Assembly (NCBI GenBank): GCA_964016885.1 | Contig: OZ024743.1 | Coordinates: 276,830,001 to 276,894,000 of the forward strand | DNA: 64,000 nt | Direction of reading: 5' to 3' | Source of the DNA: Eledone cirrhosa | Lineage: Eukaryota | Part shown: piece after piece, positions 27,446-42,175 of the stretch | Position numbering within the stretch: position 1 is the stretch's first letter | How the letters are laid out: the number at the start of each line of letters is the position of its first letter | The notes under the pieces: model-generated | Told to the model about the DNA's origin: nothing | What the model saw: the letters and a program-made list of their open reading frames with translations, nothing else | Database searches by the model: none | Translations under genes and position numbers: made by a program

Positions 27446-28265
27446 TCTTCTTCTTCTTCTTCTTCTTCTTCTTCTTCTTCTTCTTCTTCTTCTTCTTCTT
27501 CTTCTTCTTCTTCTTCTTCTTCTTCTTCTTCTTCTTCTTCTTCTTCTTCTTCTTCTTCTTCTTCTTCTTCTTCTTCTTCTTCTTCTTCTTCTTCTTCTTC
27601 TTTCTCTTCGCCCATTTATTCCTGAGAGAATCGTGGGGGCAGAATCCTCAAACACTCTCTGATATCTGGGCTATGCACTCTATCGAGTAACGTTGCTCCG
27701 AAGACCCCTCGGAGGAACCCCCTTTCGGCCAATTGTATTCACAATCGTATTCTTTCGGTATTCTCCAAGAACAATGACCATAGGTAAGGGTTGGCATGAA
27801 TACAAAATTGAAGATAGCGAGTTAGGCTTTTACACCTACCTCCCATGCAGAACTCAACATAAAAACCTATCAAATGCAAGTTGGAGATCACCTACTGTCG
27901 TCTGAAAATTCCAGTCGACTGATTCTACACCTGCCAGTCGTGATACCACTTCCACTCCAGGTCATGAAAATAATGAACAAAAAGGGTAACACTCTTGACG
28001 AAATCCGACTCCCACATAGAATGGTTTCGATTTTGCATCATTTATCCGAACACAAATAGTCTGGCACAACTATAGAGACCTCAGGGCAACAAGAAACTGG
28101 CCATCGATCCCATGCCCCAGCAGAACCGTTCACAGCAGGTCCTATGGAACGCGGTCATGTGCCTTTTCGAGGTCTACAAAGCAAGAATACACCTCTTGGC
28201 AGTTCTCCCACGATTTCTCAAAGACCTGCCGCAGTGTGAATATTTGGTCGGCTGGGCTGCGTCCG
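27446..28265 (-). mobile_element. RTE-clade LINE fragment with long (GAA)n tail
   Basis: Minus strand RT motif GRSPADQIFTLRQVFEKSWENCQEVYSCFVDLEKAHDRVP. The 3' end CAGGAATAAATGGGCGAAGAG runs into about 50 GAA units (27446-27600). Internal deletions relative to the 19880 copy. Confidence 0.85.
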
Positions 28266-29102
28266 ATAGTAATTTTTGGCCGGCATGACAAACATTTCAT
28301 TTTTCAATGAACACATACATACCTCTGGTGATTTCCCACTCATGCCACCCTATGCAGTGGAGATAGCATCGGACCATGTTCTGGCTGATATAGGCATGGC
28401 CTGTTAAAATCTAAAAAGACCAATTGATCTAACAGGTAGGAAAAAGGGTATACTAATATCTGAGATTGACTCTAAATAGATAATTGTAGGGTTACTTTAA
28501 CACATAGGCGAGAATTTTGGGTGCCGGTTAACCTTAGTGTAATAGTAAATAATTTTATTTTTATTTATACCTCACAGTAACGGCCTGCTGTGCCCGGCAT
28601 GGAAATATGATAGTATAGAGTTATGCGGAAACGATCTATCAATAATATAAGCTATCTAACATAACTAACACAACTAGTTTTTTATTATCTAATACTGAAT
28701 CTAACCAACCATCTAACAGGCTAGGATACACCATTGGAACAATATACAGAGACGTCTCACATTACACCGCCTGGCTCACTGGTGAAATTGTTTTGATCGT
28801 TACACAGTTCTCAGACCTCGTGTGCAAAATCATGTTGGTGTGGATTTTGAGAATATGTTACTAGAGAGCCGTAAAATATATTACAAAATCAGACGCAGGG
28901 TAATATTGTAGATTATCTATTTACTTAAGTATAACAATAACTAATTTAGTTTCTTTAAATTAATAATTATAATATTGTTTTTATACACACACACAAACAC
29001 ACACACATATATACATTCTTATATATATATGTGTGTGTGTGAGTGTGTGTGTGTAAGAGAAAGTGACAGAGAGAAAGGGACAGATAGGTAGATATGTATA
29101 TA

Positions 29103-29155
<53 letters not shown>

Positions 29156-29160
<5 letters not shown>

Positions 29161-29417
29161 TGTTTGCATAGTATATTTGGCAATATACCGTATGTTTAAT
29201 TAAAAATATTTTGAAGACCTTACGCTATCATTTTTAAAGTACTGACTATGTCACTTACTTCTTTTTGGCAAAAGAAGGCCGAGTAGCTACTCCCCCTTCT
29301 TTCGCCACAAAGAAGTAAGTGACATAGTCAGTACTTTAAAAATGATAGCGTAAGGTCTTCAAAACATTTTTAATTAAACATACAGTATATTGCCAAATAT
29401 ACTATGCATACATTCAT
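29156..29417. repeat. Fold-back inverted repeat (about 122-bp arms) centred on palindrome GAGTAGCTACTC
   Basis: Arms 29156-29278 and 29295-29417 differ at a few positions. Bounded by (TA)n on the left, with another (TA)n about 30 bp to the right. Confidence 0.95.
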
Positions 29418-29535
29418 GTATACATCGCTATTTCAGAGCACCAATCCTAATATATATATATATATCAATATATATATATATATAAAATATTATAAAAAGG
29501 AATAATAGATACAATATACCTATTTTTTTCATTAG

Positions 29536-29626
29536 TCCCGACTGTACAGTTTCGCTGGTCACTATGCAAAAATGTTATATCATAGATATGTAACATTGTT
29601 GTGAGGTAAGCCAGCTTATCAAGGGA
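29536..29626 (-). ncRNA. Type I hammerhead, U3-A8 variant, extended stem II, GUC site
   Basis: Minus strand: TCCC-TTGATAA-GCTGG...CCAGC-GAAA-CTGTACAG-TC-GGGA. Confidence 0.8.
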
Positions 29627-29921
29627 GCACCTCAGGGAAGAGCCCTAACTACATACGTCCGTAGCATGCGAGAAAATCTCAGAAAGGCGGAGGGAGACTC
29701 TATCACGTGATACACCGGTCAAGAAAGGGGATTAATCCCTTGTAGCAGTGAAAATATCTCAGAAGGCGGAGGGAGATGTTGATATGATACATAGGCTACA
29801 GAAGGGTGGTAAGGTTGACTAGAAGTGTATATAGTGTTTGCTTGATAGAGTCTCCCCCCGCCTTTCTGAGATTTTCTCGCATGCTACGGACGTATGTAGT
29901 TAGGGCTCTTCCCCGAGGTGC

Positions 29922-30012
29922 TCTCTTGATAAGCTGGCTTACCTCACAACAATGTTACATATCAATGATATAACATTTTTGCATAGTGACCAGCGAAACT
30001 GTACAGTCGGGA
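29922..30012 (+). ncRNA. Type I hammerhead, U3-A8 variant (mirror copy)
   Basis: TCTC-TTGATAA-GCTGG, a 52-nt insert with an AATGTTA...TAACATT hairpin, CCAGC-GAAA, palindromic stem III ACTGTACAGT, C17 at 30008, GGGA. Confidence 0.8.
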
Positions 30013-30231
30013 CTAAAGAAAAAATAGGTATATTGTATCTATTATTCCTTTTTATAATATTTTACATAACTCTGATATTGTGTCAATTTAATTATTTCGA
30101 TTATTTTGTCTCTCATAATCATAGAGTAACACTGGTTAAGGTCGACAACATACAATCTCACATACTTGCGAAAAATATATGTTTATATATACATGTATAT
30201 GTATGTATACACATATATTTGTATACCTCTC

Positions 30232-30301
<70 letters not shown>

Positions 30302-31194
30302 AGGGGGGTGATAGAGAAAGAGAGAGATAGCGAAAGAGAAATAGATATATTTAATTATACATATAGCGTATCCGCGTTTAGATATATATTTCAACACATA
30401 TACACAATCACACACACACCCCTTTTACGAGATCGATAAGATAAAATAATAGACAGAAAATATACAGTTGTCGCTAATGTAGATTAAACATTTAAACAGC
30501 TGCCCTTGCAAGTCTACAAACCAGTATGGGAATAAAGAAATACCGTTAAATATGTAAAACAATGCTGAAGATTCAAAACACGTTTGATTAAAACATACCT
30601 AAAAGCATAATATTAACTACTATGCGGCTGAAAATGTAGCTAGTAACTTTAGGATGTATTTTCCTAACACTTTTCAGATAGTCAATTAACTCAGCATTTG
30701 ATTTGCAGATGTTATCATAGCTTTAACTATTGATAAACAAACAATAATTCACAAGTCTCAAGAGTCGATCTGACACATATTAACAAAATATCAATATGTA
30801 GAGCGAATTATATTGAATATTTTTGAATACATTAAATATATATTCTTTCCGGCAATGTTATAATTATATTGATAAATAAATGAACATCAGCGCTGAATTT
30901 AGTTACATCTCGTATCTGAGAACGATATACCTTGTTTAGAAAAATAAAACTACCAGAAGAGCGATGCTTACATGGTTTAAGCTTTCGATTCGCAATGATC
31001 TGTCGACATGATACATGAACTACCTACTGACATCAGAAGACGATTGTTGATTCCCTGTTTAAAGCTTGCCGGCTCCAAAGATACAATCATCAGCGCGTAT
31101 ACACCAAGCTTGATATAGAAACGGAAAGTTAACGATGAATTTTATTTTACTTAAAATGCGTCAAATCTAAACGACTCAGCCTCCTACCAAAAGG

Positions 31195-31355
31195 CTCACC
31201 TACCCGAAACCCAGTTTGCTTCTAGACCTTCTAAATGCATTTATTGATATCATTTTCTGTGTTCCCATCATAAGAAGAAATACCTTGAGCCAAACAAACC
31301 ATTTTACACGGCTTTCTTCGACTTCACTAAAGCATTTAATTCCACAAATCAAGAG
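31195..31355 (+). mobile_element. Old RTE-like reverse transcriptase remnant
   Basis: LPETQFASRP...KKKYLEPNKPFYTAFFDFTKAFNS resembles the RT motif QEKxxExxxxLYxxFxDxxKAFDS. Confidence 0.6.
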
Positions 31356-31419
31356 CCATACACAAATTGCTTCTTTGGTACTGTACAACTAATCATTTTA
31401 TTTATTTTGTACTTATCAA

Positions 31420-31886
31420 TCTATATATTACTAAAAGTCTGTGATTGGTTGCTTGCTTGCTTATCTGTAATGTAATACAGCCAAAAGGGCGCATAATGGG
31501 AAAATACTTTGAAAGGAATTGCCCCTGAAATGGGAATACAAATGGAATAAAACAAGTTTCGCATAAATTGGACCACGGGTTCCCGAGATATGGGGTTTTT
31601 CCGGGTATCGTCAGAAACAAAGAGAGAGAAAGGGATAGTAGTTGTGACAGAGTAGATTGAAAGAGAAACATAGAGAGAGGGAGAGGAGACAGAGAAGGAG
31701 AATGGAAGAGAGCTGGTGGTGTTGTTGTATATATATATGAGTGTCTGTGTATATATATATCTATGTGTGTGCATATAGATCACAGACACCCACATATATA
31801 TATATATATTCACACACATACATATATATATATATGTATACACACACACACACATTTATATATATATATATACATACACACACGTA

Positions 31887-31928
<42 letters not shown>

Positions 31929-32060
31929 CCTTCCAGTTTCATTTCACATTATATACATATCTGTGTATATTTTAATTATTTAAAAATTGTTTTTAAGTGA
32001 ACATGGTTAAAAAAATATATTTTGAAGTGAACGTGACCCAACGGGTCATGGGTGGTCTAG
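31420..32060 (+). mobile_element. Non-autonomous Helitron
   Basis: 5' end A|TCTATATATTACTAAAAG. 3' hairpin TGACCC-AAC-GGGTCA followed by CTAG|T. A/T target with no TSD. Confidence 0.7.
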
Positions 32061-32111
32061 TTCTTGTTAAAATTCGTATAGTAATGTAAATTCGTTAAAA
32101 TTCGTATAGTA

Positions 32112-32444
32112 ATAAAGAGTGGTGTGCTCATGCGCAGAGATGCTATAGAATATGAATAATTATAAAATAGGGTATAGACCCTTAAAGACGGAAAAAGAAG
32201 TTGTCATCGGCCACTATAAGCAATCGAACTCCACACCTCCCAGATATCACCGTGGCGCTTTGAACCATCAAGCCAAGGTCCCGTGACAACTCCCGCTGTC
32301 TTGGATTATATAGCTCAATCACAACTTTTAAATGTCAACAAACATCGTGTATACATAGCTGATCTCTCGTACTTCTACGAAGCGCTGGGTGGATAAAGTT
32401 AATATAAAGAGTGGTGTGCTCATGCGCGGAAATGCTATAAAATA
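32112..32444 (-). mobile_element. 292-bp unit with about 40-bp direct repeats and an internal tRNA-like module
   Basis: ATAAAGAGTGGTGTGCTCATGCGC(A/G)GA(G/A)ATGCTATA at 32112 and 32404. Minus strand 32200-32290 has A box TGGCTTGATGG and B-box-like GAGTTCGATT. Confidence 0.55.
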
Positions 32445-32778
32445 ACTCAGTTTTTTTTTAATAGCTTGTAATATACCAATACTATTAATATTGTTATATT
32501 CGTATCTAATTAGCAGATAAATTAATTAAAATCGATGCAGAAAATCGGATGTCACTTTGGTAATCAGGCACTTGAACATATGCAAGAATAGATATGACAA
32601 CAATACATAAAGTTCACTTGGGGTCCCTAGATTCAGCGCACGTGTACATACATTAGCACACAAGGGGATATACTGTATCGCCATAACTAGGGTTGACGGG
32701 GAAAACTGAAGGTATATTTGGAACCTGCTCTCTTTGTACGACGTTGGAAGGTTATAGGAACTACTCCTTTCTCTAGAT

Positions 32779-33075
32779 CAGTAGTTCCCAAGTCATGCGT
32801 CGCGAGAAGTAACTAGATGCACAATAAAAGACTAAGATTATGTTTTAAGATGTAAAAAATGCAAACTAAAGTTCGTATGAAAGTTTATATATAGCTATCA
32901 AATTGGCAAATAAGTAAAGTTTAGTAACAAATTTGTGAACATTTTTAATTCTGTTATGTATATATGTATGAAACACTTTTTAAAATAAATTTTCGAATTT
33001 ATGGTACAAAGTACGCCAGCATATTTTTACTTTTTCAAAAATACGCCACAACTAAAAAAAGTTTGGAGACCACTG
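32779..33075. mobile_element. hAT (Charlie-like) MITE
   Basis: TIRs CAGTAGTTCCCAA and TTGGAGACCACTG. 8-bp TSD CTCTAGAT (32771-32778) / CTCTAGGT (33076-33083) fits the NTCTAGAN target. Confidence 0.8.
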
Positions 33076-33216
33076 CTCTAGGTCTACTTCTTCCAAATAT
33101 AGTCCAAATTGGCATAGCTTTCAAGGCAACAGAAATTTTTGGCCAGTATTATAAAAGCATATAAAAACTGTTCATGAACATATAAAAAAAAAAGAATTAT
33201 TATTTATATTTCCTCC

Positions 33217-33495
33217 AGGGCAGTTGACTAGCAGAATATTTCGAGCAATCGAGTAAAATGCATTGAAGTATTTTGTTTCAGCTCTTTACTTTTTGAGTTT
33301 AAAACTCATCAAAATTAACTTTGGGATTCATCTTTCTGCTGTTGAGAAAATAAAGTATCTCTCAGGTACAAAATAGATAGGATAGGTTGGGGTCTCAATA
33401 TGTAAACTAAATGACTAAATCTGGGATCGATAATATCAAGTGTTCCACGCCCCACCCAAATTCTCAACCTTGTGCCTATTTTAGAAATTATTATT
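33217..33495 (+). mobile_element. Degenerate SINE family A
   Basis: Recognisable remnants GAGTTTAAAACTC, TTAACTTTG, AAAATAAAGTA and CCTTGTGCCTA...AGAAATTATTATT. Confidence 0.55.
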
Positions 33496-34516
33496 AGCCT
33501 TTTCCTAATCCTATTTCCAATATTTTCTTTTTATATATTACCAGTATTAAAAAAAATAATAATCAATAATTTGAAAGGATTTAATAAAACAACTTAGTTT
33601 CGCATTATTAAGCTGGTGTTTAGGGCTTAACAAATGTTCTTATATAAATTGATGAAGGAAGGCTTTAAGATAAATATAAACACTTTAAAATAAACTGCTT
33701 TGAATCATAGAACAAGGGGCCGTTTCTGACGGTTTGGGAACAAAATGGTTAATGTTTTTTTTCTGTTGCTTTGTTGTGAAATTGTTGATCAAGAGGTGTA
33801 GCTTCGCATCCAACTGAGGTATTGGAATGGGATGTGGGTTGTGGGGAGAATGAAGGAAGTTCAAATTACTCATGATTCATGTGTTGTAAATTCACATTTT
33901 GATGCAAGAGACACATTGTGTTTCTAAATAAAACAATACGATAGTCTGACGTTCATAAATAATTAACAAACTATCGATATTATTTTTAATAAAATTGTTG
34001 TAGTTGTTACTGTTGTTGTTTATTATTAATATCGCTATCATGTTTGTCATCATTTATATCCCTTCTGTTTATTTTTCGTTTACATCACCCTGCTTCATGC
34101 GATACTATTATCATCGGCGTCATCATCAACATGATCAGCATAATTATCATCTTGATCATCGTCATCATCGTCATTATAATCATCATCATTATCTTTATCG
34201 TCATCGTCATCATCATCATCATCATCATCATGAACATCATTGATTTCAATTATACTCTGCTGTAGCGGTTGTTTTGGTAGATGTGACTGGCTGTTCTTTC
34301 TGTTATGTTATTGTTATTACTGTTGTTGTTGTTATTGGTTCCTTGTGCTCTACTGGTGATGTTGGTATTGTTATTATCATGGTAGTAGAAATTATCAAAT
34401 ATTAATGATGATATATCGAGAAATTTTTGCTTATCTAAAACCAGCGGTGTAACAAACTGCCTCTTTGTGAAACCGCCATTGGTGCCGCTCAGTGCGCGCT
34501 CAATATCGTCATAATC

Positions 34517-34517
<1 letters not shown>

Positions 34518-34580
<63 letters not shown>

Positions 34581-34599
34581 GTTATTATTATTATGGTTA

Positions 34600-34666
<67 letters not shown>

Positions 34667-34689
34667 GGTTATTGTTATTATTATTATTA
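34518..34689. repeat. (TTA)n microsatellite with an internal duplication
   Basis: Read directly; the interruption TTATGGTTATTG occurs twice. Confidence 0.9.
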
Positions 34690-34956
34690 GTATCTGCAGC
34701 TAATTACAAAATGCTCAGCGTTTAATATCCAGCTTCTGTAGCTAAATTGATGCTTAGCAAGAGATAAATTTAGCTGCTTAGAATGGAGTGAGATGAAAAG
34801 ATTCCTCAGCTTTGATATACTGATATACCCCTAATGTTTGGCGACATCAAAGGGACCGCAGAAAATCGAAAAGTCACGCAAACACTATCATCAATAAACT
34901 ACAAACAAATATACGAGGATATGAGGATGAGGATGATACGTCGATGTGGTACGTAC

Positions 34957-36785
<1,829 letters not shown>

Positions 36786-36947
36786 TTACTTCCATAGATT
36801 ATGGTTGAAAGCATCACAGCAGTGGCTGACTTTTTCAAAATATGCACAGCTAGTCGACTTGTTGAGATGGACATGATAATTCTGTTAAGGACTATCGTAA
36901 TGAAGATAATGAATATGATATTGGAAAATATCTGATTAGAACGACGA

Positions 36948-37064
36948 TACCACCACCACCACCTCAACTACTACCACCACCACCACCACCACTAGTACTA
37001 CTACTACTACCACCACCACCACCACCACTAGTACTACTACTACTACCACCACTACTACTAGTAC

Positions 37065-37100
<36 letters not shown>

Positions 37101-37128
37101 CATCACAACCACCACCACCACCACCACC

Positions 37129-37191
<63 letters not shown>

Positions 37192-37206
37192 GCTGCTGCT
37201 GCTACT
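36948..37206. repeat. Compound (ACC)n/(ACT)n trinucleotide repeat
   Basis: Read directly. Confidence 0.95.
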
Positions 37207-38115
37207 GATCATGCTACTATTGCTTCTGTTGTTGATGTTGCTTCTTTTTTATCAATCAATCAATAATGATTTGATAATATATAATTTGTGACGTCGACCA
37301 TGATGACAATGATGTTACTGATGACGATGATAATAGTTTTTGGTGGTGATGATGTTAGGGAAGCATGTATTATTCCTCGTGATGATAATGTTAGACATAA
37401 TCATGATGATGATGATGATGATGATGATGATAATTGCGATGAGTGCGATGATAACGATGATAACAATGATAACAATGAGGATGATGATGATGAAGTTGAT
37501 GATGACGACGGCAGTGATGACGACGATACTATCTTACATCAGCGCTATGGGCAGAGAACCAATTGGCTTGTGTGGTATCCATGCTTTTTTTTTTTTTAGA
37601 TATGTCAATACAGAAATGTCTATATCGCTAAACACCTTAGATTTGTGATATAAAAGGGGCAAACGAGATTGAATGGCATTCATGCTTTTCCCCAAAACGT
37701 TAATAAAGTAAGTAAATGAAATGATGTGCTGAAGGTTAGCAATTAGGATTGAACCAGTGATTCATTCTCTCTAATATTTTAATCCACTCTATAGTATTTT
37801 GCTCTTTATATCATACCAGTGGACCAGTGCCGTCAATAACGATATTAATAGCGTTGAATGTACGAGGATAGGGTGAATAGCTCATAGGCTGACTATAAAG
37901 GAGTGATGCGAGAGCTGTGAAATCTTGCATGCATTAATTTCAACTCTTTTTTTTTAAATTAATAACTGCATTGTTTCTTTCCAGGGACTAAGTTGAAAAA
38001 TAGACCCGATTTGGACATTCCATGAGAGTATCTTGATCAGACTATGAACATTTCAGCCGTTCCTCGTATTTAATTTTTGGTGTCCAGGATTGGTATACCA
38101 TATATATATATATAC

Positions 38116-38174
<59 letters not shown>

Positions 38175-39262
38175 ATAATAATAAATTTGAAAACTTTCCT
38201 GTATTTCAGCCCCACATTATACCCTAACGGATAGTACGAATTATACGCGGATATTTTACGTCTTGATGTGGTAGCTAAGTATATGTTATGTTAATACCAT
38301 TACTAATTTGTATAGGTAAGCATATATTACCTGTATGTTTTGTGAAGGTACGTATACTTTCTCGTACGTATATTTGATTGTATATGTTATGGCGTATATA
38401 TTATATATTCTGGTACATATGCTTTTAGTTCTGTTTATACGCGAGTTTTGCGTCTGTGTGAGTATGCAGGTTCGTACGTATGTAGGGTGTGTGTATATGT
38501 GTACTTCGTGTTTTGGTTGACGTACGTCTCCGAACATATGTGTATTTACATAGGTATGTGTGTGCGCTTGTTATATATGTATTTATTTATTTATATACGT
38601 TTATTTAATTATATGTATACACGCACACACACACACATACATATATATATATTTTAATATATATTTTTATGTGTATTTGGTGTATACATTCGTATGCGTG
38701 CGGGTACAGACGTTTGCGTGGGTTATGTATGTGCGTGCGGGTTTTTTTGGGGGGAGGGGGGGTTGTGTACGTGCGTGTATTTGTATACCTATGGTGAGTG
38801 TTTTCGCGTATCCTTGTGTATGTACGTATATGGATGCGTGTATGTATTTATTTAATTTCAATTACCTCTGTATTTTATTTACTTTATTCTTAACTCTGAA
38901 GCCGAGAATCATTCGGTTTCCTAGTTAGAATTTTAGTCTACGACTTCAGTTATACCATTTACGTAGTTTTGTCTTTGCGTGCAATTGTTCTCCACGATCC
39001 ACATAATGACGTATTATCTTCGTTTTTTTCCGTTCATTGCCAGAGAACGTCTCTATGAACCACCTAAGAGACGTAGGGTTTGACGCTGAACAATCCCACC
39101 AATTCACCAGCTTAGGTTGGTACTATATTTGTCAACGCCTAAAAGATGAAAGGTAAAGTTTACATCGACGGAATTTGATCTCAGGGCGCAGGGATCTGGA
39201 ATAAATAAGGCAATCTAACAACTCAATTCACTTCATATATAGATATATATAAGACCATCATA

Positions 39263-39312
<50 letters not shown>

Positions 39313-39363
39313 TAGACAGATATAATATATATATATATATATATATATAGATATAGATATATA

Positions 39364-39394
<31 letters not shown>

Positions 39395-39399
39395 AATAT

Positions 39400-39686
39400 A
39401 TAACTTTTAATAACTTTGAATAACTTTGAAATGTTTTGGCCAGTATTGGCCCAGGCCATGTCTAACTTAATAGCACCACCTGGCGAAGTCTTTCAACTCA
39501 GGATTTGGGCACCATGGTCCATTCGAGAAGAGAATTACTTTTTGCGGAGACATATCCGGGTGTGGGTAGTTTGTCCGGGATTACTTGGAGGAATTTGTCC
39601 AAAGACTTCTTGAATTTTGTGTGGTCAGTTTCTGTTTCGACGTGTCCTGGTGTGATGTTGAAGAAAGCAGAGCCAATTGAGGTGAA
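39400..39686 (-). mobile_element. CR1/L2-group LINE 3' end inserted in (TA)n
   Basis: GSAFFNITP...[33 protein letters not shown]. The tail consists of TTCAAAGTTA repeats. Confidence 0.7.
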
Positions 39687-39740
39687 ATATATATATATAA
39701 AATATATATATGAAAGTTTTATAGTAGTCTTATATACATA

Positions 39741-39919
<179 letters not shown>

Positions 39920-40530
39920 ACATATATATATATATATAGGGAGAGAGGGAGAGGGAGAGGGAGAGATATATGTATGTATGTATGTATGTAAGACTACTAT
40001 GAAACTCTCATTTGCCTCAGTGTTTCCGAAATTAACCCTTTCTCTCTTAATGCATGCTCTGCTGCCGCATGGTAGATGGAATGAGACGTTAAAGAGGTGG
40101 TGGTATACGTTGGTATACGTTGGTATACGTTGGTATACGTGTGTGTCGTACGAACTTGTGATTATTCTGCCATCAGACTGATACCTTGTCCAATCAACCA
40201 TTTCCAATGCCTCGTTATAGCAATTTAAGTATCGATAATGTTAATCTTGGCTGCTGCCATAGACAGAGTCATTTAGATAACAGGAAATATATTTTATTGC
40301 TACGATAATAGCTATTTAAGCTATGAAAAATGTTAATCATATATTGGCTAAGCGAACATAGCTATATAGGTTATAATGGAAATGAAAGTATACTCCTTTA
40401 CAGCGATCCTGCTCATTTTGATATCTTTTGTCTGGGAGTAATTTTAAAATTTGTTTTGGTAGAGAATTTAGATTAAATCATGACTACTATATTATTAGTA
40501 TTATAGAAACCATTATTATTTAGCACAGCA

Positions 40531-42175
40531 AAGACGGCGAATTGGCAGTATCGCTAGCGCTCCAGACAAAATGTTTAGTAGTTCATACTGTTTACTTTTC
40601 GAGTTCGAATCCGGCTGCGGGCAATTACTTTCTTATTCTTCAGAAGTTGATAAAATAAAGTATCAATCAAGTACTGGAGTAAGTAAAATCGTATTTTCCT
40701 TTTCCGAAATTGCTGGCCTTGTGCCAAAATTAGAAGCTAATTAAAAATTATTTAGCATGTCGGGCAGCTGGTTGACAGAATCGTTAGAGCGTTGGACAGA
40801 ATACCTTGTTCCGGTTATTTTACGTCGTTTTAAGTTCAAATATAATCGGCCGTTTCAGGCAATTAATTTCGAGGCATTGTGTTCATATCAGAAATAAATA
40901 TTATCATTTAGTTCGGTAAGGGTCGCTAGAGCGGCGGGCAAAATGCTTTGCGTCATTTAGTTTCAGATCTTTGTATTCTGAGTACAAACCCTGTCAATGT
41001 CAACTTTACCGTTCATCATTCCGGATTTGATAAAATAAAGAACCAGTCAAGTACTGGAGTTGATAAAATCGTCTTTTCCCTCCTCCAAAATTGCTCGCCT
41101 TCTATATAAATTTAAGACTTTGCCTTTCATCCTTACGGGGTCGATAAAATAAAGTACCAATAATGTACTGAGTAATTGCTGGCCTTGTACCAAAAGTAGA
41201 AACAATGATTTAGTTTGGTTAAGGCGGTGGATTGGCAGTATCGGTAGTTACACAGAGTTACGACCCTTTACGTTCTGAGTTCAAAATCCTGCCGAGGTTA
41301 GCTTTGCCTTTCATCCTTACGGGTCAATAAAATAAAACACCAGTAACGCACTGGGTCGATTAATCGACTTTCCCCTTTGCCCAAATTGCTGGCCTTGTGT
41401 GCGTATGGTAGAAATCATTATTTAGTTTGGTTGATTGGCCGATTTGAAAGATTGATGGACAAAATCACTCTGAGTTCAAATCCCGCCGTGGTAGATTTTA
41501 TTGTTCATCTTTTCGCCGTCGCTAATGGCTGGTTCATTTGAAGAATCATTAGAGCGTTGGCCAAATGCCTTCCGGTATTTAGTTAACACATTTAACGTTT
41601 TGAATTAAAATCACACCGAGGTCGACTTTGTCTTTCATGCTTCCAGGGTCGATAAAATACCTTTCATTCTACGGGGTTGATTAAATAAAGTACTAGTCAA
41701 GCACTCAAGGCATCATTTTGAAGGCAGGTAAGACTGACAGGATAATTAAGAAGAAAGGCGACTATTTCTTCATTCGAAATATCGAGGGTGTGTGGGTGAA
41801 AGATGTCAACTCTCAATAATAGAAATGTATTATTGGCATTGCCGAGGTCAACTTTGCCTTTCATATTTTCACGGTCGATAAAATAAAGTACCACTCACGC
41901 ACTGGTGTTGATTTAAAAACCTTCGTCCTTCCCCCAAATTTGTTGGCCTTTTGCTAAAATTTGAAATCATTATTTAGAGAATGAAGGGCGGTGGATTGGC
42001 AGTATCGGTAGAGGGTCGGACGTCATGCTTTGCAGCAAAGAGTTACGGCCCTTTATCGTCTGAGTTCAAATCCCGCCAGGTTAACTTTGCCTTTCATCCT
42101 TACGGGGTCGATAAAATAAAGTACCAGTAATACACTGGGATATAATTGCTAGCCTTGTGCCAAAAGTAAAAACCA
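40531..42175 (+). mobile_element. Stack of about 9 co-oriented SINE family A copies and fragments
   Basis: Repeated TGGCAGTATCG heads, GAGTTCAAAT B boxes, GTCGATAAAATAAAGTACC cores and GGCCTTGTGCCAAAA tails. Confidence 0.85.

Larger units (their letters stand above)
29483..30064. mobile_element. Inverted pair of hammerhead-bearing terminal repeats (about 222-bp arms, 137-bp spacer)
   Basis: 29483-29705 versus 29843-30064, with several substitutions. Each arm carries a hammerhead. Confidence 0.9.

Noticed and set aside
27418-27615. Poly-E, poly-R or poly-S protein
   Set aside because: This is the (GAA)n tail of an RTE LINE.
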